In this document: positions 12,536 through 22,233 of the stretch, piece by piece | Position numbering within the stretch: position 1 is the stretch's first letter | Layout of the letters: each line of letters starts with the position of its first letter | From: Scyliorhinus canicula | Lineage: Eukaryota | NCBI RefSeq assembly: GCF_902713615.1 | Contig: NC_052166.1 | Location: 66,178,406 to 66,242,405 of the forward strand | Direction: 5' to 3' | Length of the DNA stretch: 64,000 nucleotides | Position numbers and translations under genes: made by a program | The notes under the pieces: generated by a model | Seen by the model: the letters and a program-made list of their open reading frames with translations, nothing else | The model's database searches: none | What the model was told of the DNA's origin: nothing

Positions 12536-15064
12536 TTAAGTTCTTTTCCCCAAATGATACCTCCCGTCACAAAACACCTGAACTACTTCACTTTTTACAT
12601 CAGCTGTGAGAAATTCTTTTTCAATGCTTATTAAAGCCAGGTTGGTCAGTCGCTCCTGTGACATAGAAGACCTCAGATATGTTTTTATTAATTTCAGTTT
12701 TGAAAATGACCTTTCACAGCTTGCGACTGAAAATGCGATTGTAAGCAGTAATCTGTATGAAACACACAGCGTCGGAAAGACATCCCTCCCATACTGTAGT
12801 AAAGACTCCAGAGCATCTTTAGGATCAGGGGGAACTCTATTCCCTCCAGCTCGAAGGAGCATCACAAAATCAATAATTTCGTCATATAACTGAATTGCAA
12901 CCACATCATTGTCATAATAATTTGCAAAGTCTGAACATTCCTTTTTTAATTTCTCTCTTTCTTGTTCATCTTCAATCACTACTGAATTCAAGTTCAGAAG
13001 AAAAGAAAATCGGTCACTGAGTCTTTGAAGGCGGACACTGCGGTCTTCAATTTCAGTTTTTAATCTGTTCACAATCTCTACCATTACTCTATTCATTTCT
13101 TCTTGTGCCGTCAGTCCACTATCTCTTGCTGACTCTCCAGGCATTATTCTTCTTCTCCTTGTTCGTGCAATTGGTATTCCCCAATTTTCACAATATTCAT
13201 TGGCTAAATCTATTGCATTGTGGATAATTTCATCATTCTTCAAATTCAAGATATGAATAAGTCCTCTCAGATCACAAGAAGCTTCATGGAACCCCATTTT
13301 CGGATCCTGCAAACGTTTTGAGACTTCCTCCACTGATGATAAAACTGAGTACCAAAAATTTAATAAAGCTATAAACGGGAACTGTTGAATAGAGTTCAGT
13401 AGGAATCCTGCATCAGATTTAGTTTCCCTTGAAAATTCTCCTTCCAGCAGGTGTTGAAGGCTTGCAATAATGTTGTCACACTCTTCGTGGATTACTTGCA
13501 CAGCATCATGGCTGGAACTCCATCTTGTGTCACACTGTCTTTTCACAGTCCGAGTGACAAATGATTTTAACACTTCCCAACGAGAAGTAGATGAAGAAAA
13601 AAAAGTAAAGAGTTTTTCTAGAATGCCAAAAAATGTAACAACAACAGGTTGCACCTCACTTGCATGGACACAGACCAAATTGAGGCTGTGGTTCTCGCAG
13701 TTCACAAACACAGCTTTTGGGTTAACTTCAAGAATTTTTTGTTGAACACCTCCTCTCACTCCAGCCATAACTGCGGAGTTATCATATGCTTGACCACGAC
13801 AGTCATTCATGGAAATTTTGTCTTCTTCCAATTTTTCCTGAATTTTATTTACCAGGCTGACTGCATCTTCCTTGTTGACTTGAAAAAATCCCAGAAATGT
13901 CTCCTTTATTTCTACTTTTCTGTTTTCATCAATATGAACGTAACGCAGAATTTCAGAAACCTGATCTTCATGGGCAATATCTGGAGTTGAATCCAGCATT
14001 ATGCTAAAATATTTTGCGTCCTTAATTTCGGAAATTATATTTTTCTTGACAGTTTCACCAAGAAGATTGATTATTTTGTTTTGAATTCTGTTGGGCAAGT
14101 AGGTGACACTTTTTGGTTTCTCTTTCCCTCTCTGCAAGTGTTTTGCTAAGATGTCATCATATTTGGCCAAAAGTCTGATTGTTGCTAGAAAGTTTCCTGT
14201 ATTTTCACTGACTGTCTCCCCTGGCTCTGATAACCCAGATATTCCTTCTCCTCGATGTCCACGATAGGCCAGATTCTGTTTTGCCAGAAAGGATATAACC
14301 TCGACAATCCGTTCAGTTATAGCTTTCCATCTTTTCTTTTCAGCAGACATTTGCTGTTGAAGTTCAGCATCTTTCGTAGTTAAATGATGGAGTCGAACTA
14401 CGAGGTTCAGGTATTCCCTCATGTGAGCTCTATGAGAAGGGCTTTTCTCATGGTCAGGTATTCTTGGATTTAATTTTCTCCAAGTGGAGAAACCGTCTTC
14501 CTTTCCAAAGTTTGACACAGACGACAAATGTTCCTTTGAAAACAAAAAGCAAACAAAACAGTAGCATGCTTTCCGATATGGAGAGTATAACAACCATTTT
14601 CTCTCCACAATTTCTCCGTTTGTGGAAACTTTATCAAACCACTGTTTGGAAAATGATCTCCCATCCTTCTCAGCAAATGGACCACTTTTATTCTGATATC
14701 TTTCAGGGCCATGTTGTAATATTGTCATCTTCAAATGATCTGGAATCGGTTTCGTCAAACAGCCAAAATCGCTTCTTTGCAAAAATATGCTAAAATCTTC
14801 TTTATTTTCTTCACATGGATCATCATCCTGACAACGAGACTGAGGAGAGAGAGTATTATGTTCTGACCGAGCTGAATCCGTATCAGAAAAATCCTTCTCT
14901 GCACCCACATCATCTTTTACTTCTCCAGGTTCTCCTACTTCTTCTTTACTTCTTTTTATCCATGCATCTAATGCCCCTCTTTGATGGGACTCTTCTTCGA
15001 CTCTGGCCCTCTTTTTTTTCCTGTTCTGTACTCCACTCGGTTGTACACGAAATACTCGTAACAT
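12536..15064 (-). CDS. hAT transposase, 842 aa (TTF-type Zn finger, DUF4371-like region, DDE core, C-terminal hAT dimerisation domain)
   Basis: Uninterrupted ORF. Basic NLS-like RKKKRAR; WLLYS…CYCFVC…HEKSPSH; YFSIMLDSTPD (D1); GQAYDNS (D2); CENH (CxxH); DTRW; SVASCERSFSKLKLIKTYLRSSMSQERL (E). Confidence 0.95.
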   Translation of the reverse strand: MLRVFRVQPSGVQNRKKKRARVEEESHQRGALDAWIKRSKEEVGEPGEVKDDVGAEKDFSDTDSARSEHNTLSPQSRCQDDDPCEENKEDFSIFLQRSDFGCLTKPIPDHLKMTILQHGPERYQNKSGPFAEKDGRSFSKQWFDKVSTNGEIVERKWLLYSPYRKACYCFVCFLFSKEHLSSVSNFGKEDGFSTWRKLNPRIPDHEKSPSHRAHMREYLNLVVRLHHLTTKDAELQQQMSAEKKRWKAITERIVEVISFLAKQNLAYRGHRGEGISGLSEPGETVSENTGNFLATIRLLAKYDDILAKHLQRGKEKPKSVTYLPNRIQNKIINLLGETVKKNIISEIKDAKYFSIMLDSTPDIAHEDQVSEILRYVHIDENRKVEIKETFLGFFQVNKEDAVSLVNKIQEKLEEDKISMNDCRGQAYDNSAVMAGVRGGVQQKILEVNPKAVFVNCENHSLNLVCVHASEVQPVVVTFFGILEKLFTFFSSSTSRWEVLKSFVTRTVKRQCDTRWSSSHDAVQVIHEECDNIIASLQHLLEGEFSRETKSDAGFLLNSIQQFPFIALLNFWYSVLSSVEEVSKRLQDPKMGFHEASCDLRGLIHILNLKNDEIIHNAIDLANEYCENWGIPIARTRRRRIMPGESARDSGLTAQEEMNRVMVEIVNRLKTEIEDRSVRLQRLSDRFSFLLNLNSVVIEDEQEREKLKKECSDFANYYDNDVVAIQLYDEIIDFVMLLRAGGNRVPPDPKDALESLLQYGRDVFPTLCVSYRLLLTIAFSVASCERSFSKLKLIKTYLRSSMSQERLTNLALISIEKEFLTADVKSEVVQVFCDGRYHLGKRT

Positions 15065-16722
15065 TTCATTTTCTATCTCAAAAAAATGGGAAGAAAATGG
15101 TAAACAATCGGTCAGTTGCAGACGGATAAACCATATTTAATTTCTTTGTTCCTCCTCTGCAACCCCCATGGAGAAGGATAAGAGCAGCAACGTCATGGAA
15201 ATACTGTTATGACCCTTGTGGAAACAAACTACAAACAACCCAACTAAGACCAATATATAAGACTTCACTTTTATATTAGCAATCACACCAAAATCAACGT
15301 AAATTAAACATGAATTAACAAGAAAATTGCAATAATATGACCGATAAATTACACATAGCAGATACAAAGACATATCTCACACATTTCTCAGTCAGCCCAT
15401 TCAGCACGTATCGCATTCATTTCAGCCACAATATCCTTCAAAACGTTGAACTTCTTCAAATCAAATTCCATCTTCATTTCTCTAAAGCTTTAGCACCAAG
15501 TCTCATCAAACACCGGCATTACTTCACCCAATTTCCACAAATATAATTTTCACAATCGACACATTTCCAGATCCCTTTCGCCTCTTCTGGATCCAACCTT
15601 CTTTGTCTACTTTGCCAGCTATGCTATAGCTTCCATCTCTTCTTCTTCACAAAACCCTGGTCATGTGGGGCCTGTTTTTGCACTATGCCAGTGCATAAAG
15701 GGTCCCCAAATCCAGATATAAAAGCTCTGTTCAAGATCCGAGCTCCAGCAGCTTGCAGTCGTCTATGAGAATCTCCCATTTATAGGACCCGGGGCTTTAA
15801 GTATAAAGGGTAAGAGGGCAAAAGTTAAGAGGCCATGATGAATCTTTATAAAATACTGGCTCTGTCCCAAATGGGTGCCCCAAATGTCAAATTCTGGGCA
15901 CGACAGTTTAGTAAGTTGACAGCTATAGAGAGGGTGCAGAGAAGAGTTTTAAAATGGATCTAAAGATAAAGAATAAAGAAAACGCACCCAGGGTGGCATT
16001 GCCGTCGATTCGGGAGAATTCGCGCCCTTTCTGTTCCCGCTCCAGCCGCCGAGTGGAAAGCCGCCTCTTCACCAGCAGCGACCGCGGTGCGCAGGCGCGC
16101 TCCGGCCGTCCGCGGTGCGCAGGCGCGATCCATTCTCTGATTGAATGCCCCCATCCAATGGATGCCCGGGGCCAACGCACTGTCGGCCCCCCCCTCTGCA
16201 CGCCACTGCCCTGGAGGTTTATTGTATTCAAGTGTCCATCTAATTTCCTTTTGAAATTACTGTTTCCACTTGCACCAGGCTCATGGGCAATGGGTTCTAA
16301 ATCATTACCATTCACTCTTCCTCACATTACCCTGCATTACTTGCCCAAAACCTTAAACCTGTGTCGCCTAGTCTTAGTATCATCAGCTAATAGCCAGTTT
16401 ACCCTCGCCTACCTTATCCAACCTGACATAATCTTGTATATCTCTATCAATTCACCCTCCCCCCATCTCCAAAGAGAAGAATCCTAACTTTTCCGCACAA
16501 CTTTGTAACTAAAGTTCCCCCATTCCTGGAAACATCCTGGTAAATCTCTTCTGTAAATCTCGTTTTAAAACACGGTCACCATTGTAATGCAGCAACTTTG
16601 CACCCAGCAAGATCCCACAAATATGTGATGTTAATTATTGACTGGATATTGGGGATAACAGCACAGTTCGTCTTCGATGGCAGGTGGGGTGAAGGTTTAA
16701 ATTTCTCAACTGTAGAATGGCA

Positions 16723-17634
16723 CCTCTGACAGTGCTGCACTCCCTCAGTACTGACCCTCTGACAGTGCTGCACTCCCTCAGTACTGACCCTCTGACAGTG
16801 CTGCACTCCCTCAGTACTGACCCTCTGACAGTGCGGCACTCCCTCAGTACTGTCCCTCTGACAGTGCGGCACTCCCTCAGTACTGACCCTCTGACAGTGC
16901 GGCACTCCCTCAGTACTGACCCTCTGACAGTGCGGCACTCCCTCAGTACTGACCCTCTGACAGTGCGGCACTCCCTCAGTACTGACCTTCTGACAGTGCA
17001 GCACTCCCTCAGTACTGACCTTCTGACAGTGCAGCACTCCCTCAGTACTGACCCTCTGACAGTGCGGCACTCCCTCAGTACTGACCCTCTGACAGTGCAG
17101 CACTCCCTCAGTACTGACCCTCTGACAGTGCAGCACTCCCTCAGTACTGACCCTCTGACAGTGCAGCACTCCCTCAGTACTGACCCTCTGACAGTGCAGC
17201 ACTCCCTCAGTACTGACCCTCTGACAGTGCAGCACTCCCTCAGTACTGACCCTCTGACAGTGCAGCACTCTCTCAGTACTGACCCTCTGACAGTGCAGCA
17301 CTCCCTCAGTACTGACCCTCTGACGGTGCAGCACTCCCTCAGTACTGACCCTCTGACAGTACTGCACTCCCTCAGTACTGACCCTCTGACGGTGCAGCAC
17401 TCCCTCAGTACTGACCCTGTGGCAGTGCAGCACTCCCTCAGTACTGACCCTCTGACAGTGCAGCGCTCCCTCAGTACTGACCCTCTGACAGTGCGGCACT
17501 CCCTCAGTACTGACCCTCTGACAGTGCAGCACTCCCTCAGTACTGACCCTCCACAATGCAGCACTCCCTCAGTACTGACCCTCTGACAGTGCGGCACTCC
17601 CTCAGTACTGACCCTCTGACAGTGCGGCACTCCC
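16723..17634. repeat. 33-bp minisatellite, ~27.5 copies (CCTCTGACAGTGCAGCACTCCCTCAGTACTGAC)
   Basis: Directly visible tandem array; the ORF track shows 11-aa periodicity in several frames. Confidence 0.97.
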
Positions 17635-17734
17635 CCAGCTCCCAAGCCAAATGAAAATCTAATTCTACACTTGCCATCTCAGGGTCTGCTGGAGTAATCT
17701 AATGGAGCCCTGTCAAAGTGTCAAGCTGGACATA

Positions 17735-19612
17735 GGGGGGGGGGGGTCCTGTCAAGGTGTGGGTTTTGGGGGGGGGGGGGCTCTTGCCAAGGTGTTGGGT
17801 TGAGGGGGGTCCTGTCAAGGTGAGTGGTTGGGGGGGGGGGGGGGTCCTGCCATTGGGTTGGGGGGAGGGGGGGAGGTCCTGTCAAGGTGTTGGGATGGGG
17901 GGGGGTCCTGCCAATGTGTTGGATTGGGGGGGGGGATCCTGCCAAGGTGTTGGATTGGGGGGGGGGGGTCCTGCCAAGCTGTTGGGTTGGGGGGGGGGGT
18001 CCTGCCAAGGTGTTGGGTTGAGTGGGGGGGAAGGGCTGCCAAGGTGTTGGGTTGAGTGGGGGGGGGGGGGGCTGCCAAGGTGTTGGGTTGGGGGGGTCCT
18101 GTTAAGGTGTTGGGTTGGGTTGGGTGGGGGGTCCTGCCAAGGTGTTGGGTTGGGGGCGGGTTCCTGCCAAGGTGTTGGGTTGGGGGGGGGGGGGGGGTCC
18201 TGCCAAGGTGTTGGGTTGGGGGGGGCTGTTAAGGTGTTGGGTTGGGGGTGCGATCCTGCCAAGGTGTTGGGTTGGGGGGGTCCTGTTAAGGTGTTGGGTT
18301 GGGTTGGGTGGGGGGTCCTGCCAAGGTGTTGGGCTGGGGGGGGTCCTGTTAAGGTGTTTGGGGGGGGGGGGGGGGGGTTTCCTGCCAAGGTGGGTTGGCG
18401 GGGTCCTGTTAAGGTGTTGGGTTGAGGGGGGATCTTGCCAATGTGTTGGGCTGGGGGTGGGGGTCCTGTTAAGGTGCTGGGTTGGGTTGGGGGGGTCCTG
18501 CCAAGGTGTTAGGTTGGGGGGGGGGGGGGTCCTGCCAAGGTGTTGGGTTGGGGGGGGTCCTGCAGTGTTGGGTTGGGGGGGGGGTCCTGCCAAGGTGTTG
18601 GGTAGGGGGGGGGGGTCCTGCCAAGGTGTTGGGTTGGGGGGGGGGGGTCCTGCCAAGGTGTTGGGTTGGGGGGGGGTCCTGCCAAAGTGTTGAATTGGGT
18701 TGGGGGGGTCCTGCCAAGGTGTTGGGTGGGGGGGGGGGGTCCTGCCAAGGTGTTGAATTGGGTTGGGGGGGTCCTGCCAAGGTGTTGGGTTGGGGGGGGG
18801 GGGGGGTCCTGCCAAGATGTTGGGTTGGGGGGGTCCTGCCAAGATGTTGGGTTGGGGGGGTCCTGCCAAGGTGTTGGGTTGGGGGGGGGGGGGGGTCCTG
18901 CCAATGTGTTGGGTTGGGGGGGGGGTCCTGCCAAGGTGTTGGGTTGGGTTGGGTTGGGGGGGGGGCTCCTGCCAAGGTGTTGGGTTGGGGGGGGGGGTCC
19001 TGCCAAGATGTTGGGTTGGGGGGGGGGGTCCTGCCAAGGTGTTGGGTTGGGGGGGGGGGGGTCCTGCCAAGGTGTTGGGTTGGGTTGGGTTGGGGGGGGC
19101 TCCTGCAAAGGTGTTAGGTTAGGGGGGGTCCTGCAGTGTTGGGTTGGGGGGGGGGTCCTGCCAAGGTGTTGGGTTGGGGAGGGGGGGGGTCCTGCCAAGG
19201 TGTTGGGTTGGGGGGGGGGTCCTGCAGTGTTGGGTTGGGGGGGGTCCTGCCAAGGTGTTGGGTAGGGGGGGGGTCCTGCCAAGGTGTTGGGTTGGGGGGG
19301 GGGGTCCTGCCAAGGTGTTGGGGTGGGGGGGGGGGGGGTCCTGCCAAGGTGTTGGGTTGGGGGGGGGGTCCTGCCAAGGTGTTGGGTTGGGGGGGGGGGG
19401 GTCCTGCCAAGGTGTTGGGTTGGGGGGGGGGTCCTGCCAAGGTGTTGGGTTGGGGGGTCCTGCCAAGGTGTTGGGTTGGGGGGGGGTCCTGCCAAGGTGT
19501 TGGGTTGGGGGGGGGGGGGGGGGGGTCCTGCAGTGTTGGGTTGGGGGGGGGGGGGGGGGTCCTGCAGTGTTGGGTTGGGGAGGGGGGGTCCTGCCAAGGT
19601 GTTGGGTTGGGT
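17735..19612. repeat. G-rich satellite, ~60 units of GTCCTGCCAAGGTGTTGGGTT(G)n
   Basis: Directly visible tandem array with variable G-run length. It ends ~57 bp from the BBLN exon-1 donor. Confidence 0.95.
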
Positions 19613-19669
19613 ATGGAGGGGGTGGGATCTGGAACAGGGGGTCGGCTGGATAGCCTCTGCCGGGTTTAC

Positions 19670-19739
19670 CTTCCTCGGGCATCACCTCCTCTTCCTCCAG
19701 GCCCGCGGTGACACTCGGCTCCCCGTTGGGCCCCGACAT
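19670..19739 (-). CDS. BBLN: Bublin coiled-coil protein (C9orf16), coding exon 1: MSGPNGEPSVTAGLEEEEVMPEE + phase-1 G
   Basis: ATG at 19739-19737 in gccATG context. The MSGPNG N-terminus matches vertebrate BBLN. The GTAAAC donor at 19669 is phase 1, matching exon 2. Confidence 0.9.
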
Positions 19740-19740
19740 G

Positions 19741-19872
19741 GCCGGGCGCTGAGGCCGGGTTGGTAGCTGCCGCCCCCGGGGTGACGCCGGGCTGAGGCCG
19801 GGTTGGTAGCTGCCGCCCCCGGGCTGAGGCCGGGCGCTGAGGCCGGGTTGGTAGCGGCCGCCCCCGGGTTGG
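19741..19872. repeat. Three imperfect GC-rich tandem copies (GCTGAGGCCGGGTTGGTAGCTGCCGCCCCCGGG) in the BBLN 5' leader / CpG island
   Basis: Visible repeats immediately upstream of the BBLN ATG. Confidence 0.8.
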
Positions 19873-22233
19873 TGTCGGCCGGAGTTCGGCTCCTTCACTG
19901 TAGCAAACTCAGTTGTGCGGGGTCCTCGCAGCGGCTGTCCCGGAGCCGCCTGAAAACAAGGGGTGACTCCCCCTCCCCCTCGCCCTCTCCCACCCCCTCC
20001 CCCAGTTCAGGATAACCATTCCCGAGCACAACACCATCATTAATATCACAATTAAAAATACAATGCCAAACTTTTCTTTTTTTTAAATTGGCCGCAGGCA
20101 GAAAGGAAGCTGCCCGGCTGTGAAGCCCCTTGTCTGTAATTTATGGGCAGATTTAAAGGGGTAAATCCTGACCACAAATTGGTTTCCAGAAAATACATCA
20201 GAGTGAAGTGAACTGAATATAACAGATTGAATAACTTACTGGAATTGGTGCAACATTTGTGACAAACCAAACTACAAAAAAAAAGTCTTGCATTTCTGTA
20301 GCACCTTCAATATCCAATAAACAACTGTAGTAACTCATTTTCCGGTCATCAAAATAGTGGCTGTGAAATGTTTTACATCCACCTGAGAAAGTAGGTAGGG
20401 CCTTGGTTTAATGTCCCATCTCAAAGACGGCTCCTCCGACCGTACAGAACTCTCACAGCATTGCACTGTGAGTGTTGGCCTAGATTGTGCGCCTACATGA
20501 AACTTACTCACACAACCTTGTGACATAGATGGCCCACCCTGACCAGATCTATGTGCTGTCTCATATGTCAGTTGCTCATTCTCAATTTCTTGTTTTGCCA
20601 AAATAAATACTGGCCATCTCTCGAAGTTGCTGATGCTGGGGCAGCTCGATGGCGAAGTCGATCCCGGCCCCGGGTCATTGTCCGTGTAGAGATTGCACAT
20701 TCTCCCATGACTGTGTGGGCCTCACCCGCACAACCCAAAGATGAGCAGGGTAGGTGGATTGGCCTTTCTAAATTGCCCCTTAGTTGGGAAAAAAAGAATT
20801 GGGTGTTCTAAATTTATTTTTAAAAAGTTGCTGATGCTGTTCACCTCCAATGCATACACCAATATATAAATTTCCAAGTCAATAATCAGGATACAAAACT
20901 CTTGAGTATGTTCTCAGAACGGCCCACTGTCAAGAGTTCTGAATTCTTACACAGCACGTAACTGCCCTGGAATGGGAAAAGTGGCAGATTTGATACATCC
21001 ATGTATCCATGTCAATGAGGATCATCTCGACAAGGAGGTGGTCACCGTATATGTAGTTTGAATAAGGAGGTGCAGAGTTTCAAGAACACCCATTCACAAT
21101 CAGAGTACTATCACATAATTTTCTCTCCTCTCCAAAAAGTTCAGATATCTCTTCAGATGATCTGACCATTTATCTCATTGTTGTTGGTGAGAACTTGTTG
21201 TCTGCAAAGAAGCTGTGACATTTCCCAACCATGATTCCTCTTCCAGAGACATATCTGGCTGTAAAACCCTTTGGGAAATCCTGAGGTGTGAGAAGGTGTA
21301 AGACAATATAAGTTTCTCACCAGGTTTCTCACTGTAGTGTGCCTCCCCATTGCTCCTACTCGCCCCTGCTCCCCAAGTACTTTTGCCACATTCTACCCAA
21401 CCAGGCACTCCCCCCACCTCCCGAATACAGACACATTTTAGAAAGTTTAATTTAAAGTACCCAATTCTTTTTTCTCAATTAAGGGGCAGATTTAGCGTGG
21501 CCAATCCACCTACCCTGCACATCTTTGGGTTGTGGGGGTGACGCAGACACGGGAAGAATGTGCAAACTCCATGCGGACAGTGACCCGGGGGCAGGATCGA
21601 ACCCGGGTCCTTAGCGCTGTGAGGCAGCAGTGCTAACCACTGCACCGCCGTGCTGCCCCTCCCAATACACACACGTACATGGGCCCCTTCTGCTCTCTCT
21701 AGTTTCTCCCCCCTCCCACACATCTTACTGACAACTGGAAGTAAATCCCTGGTTCTTAAATACATTATAGAAGCATGTTGAAACAGCATTATATAGCATT
21801 TTAACTTAGATGGTGACGGTCTGTGATTATGAATACATTTGAAAATGGATCTTTGAACCAAAACCGTTTGAGAATCACTGCTCCGTGACCTTCAAGGGAT
21901 ATGGCAATGGAGAAGGAAAGTGGAGCTGAGGTAGATTGACTGTGATCTTATCGAATGACAGAGCAGGCCATTGGGCCTACTCCTGCTTCTCTTTCTTATG
22001 TTCACTAAGCAGGTTTTGTGTGGCCATTTCTGTGAGGGAGCATATATTGATGCCAGATTATAATTTAATTCATTTTCTTTCTCATGCACAATTTAGGTTT
22101 TATTCATTGTGGCCCGTCTCAAAAAGGAGGAACTTTAGTCAGGTTTTATGGAGATGATAACACCAGTATATTAAAAGAGGCAAACTTTGGTTTTGAAAGT
22201 TTGGGAAGCAATTGTTGATCTGGAGTTCTGATT

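Larger units (their letters stand above)
11258..16208 (-). mobile_element. Full-length hAT DNA transposon (Tip100/ZMYM1-like) in the BBLN intron
   Basis: Perfect 16-bp TIRs CAGTGGCGTGCAGAGG (11258-11273) / CCTCTGCACGCCACTG (16193-16208). Perfect 8-bp TSD CCCTGGAG (11250-11257, 16209-16216). Subterminal GATGCCCGGGGC motif near both ends. Encodes a transposase. Confidence 0.96.

Noticed and set aside
12536-15064. Call as host gene ZMYM1/THAP12
   Set aside because: No MYM or THAP domain. Perfect TIRs and TSD show it is a transposon copy.
16576-17645. 289-336 aa ORFs with 11-aa repeats; possible CRISPR-like array
   Set aside because: Pure 33-bp tandem repeat with no unique spacers, open in several frames on both strands, in a eukaryotic intron.
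17721-19898. Numerous Pro-rich and Gly-rich ORFs (formin/extensin-like)
   Set aside because: Translations of the G-rich satellite with frame-shifting homopolymers. Only 19670-19739 is real coding sequence (BBLN).
21747-21880. Possible hAT/Charlie-type MITE (…GTTTGAGAATCACTG end)
   Set aside because: Left TIR is too degenerate and there is no TSD.
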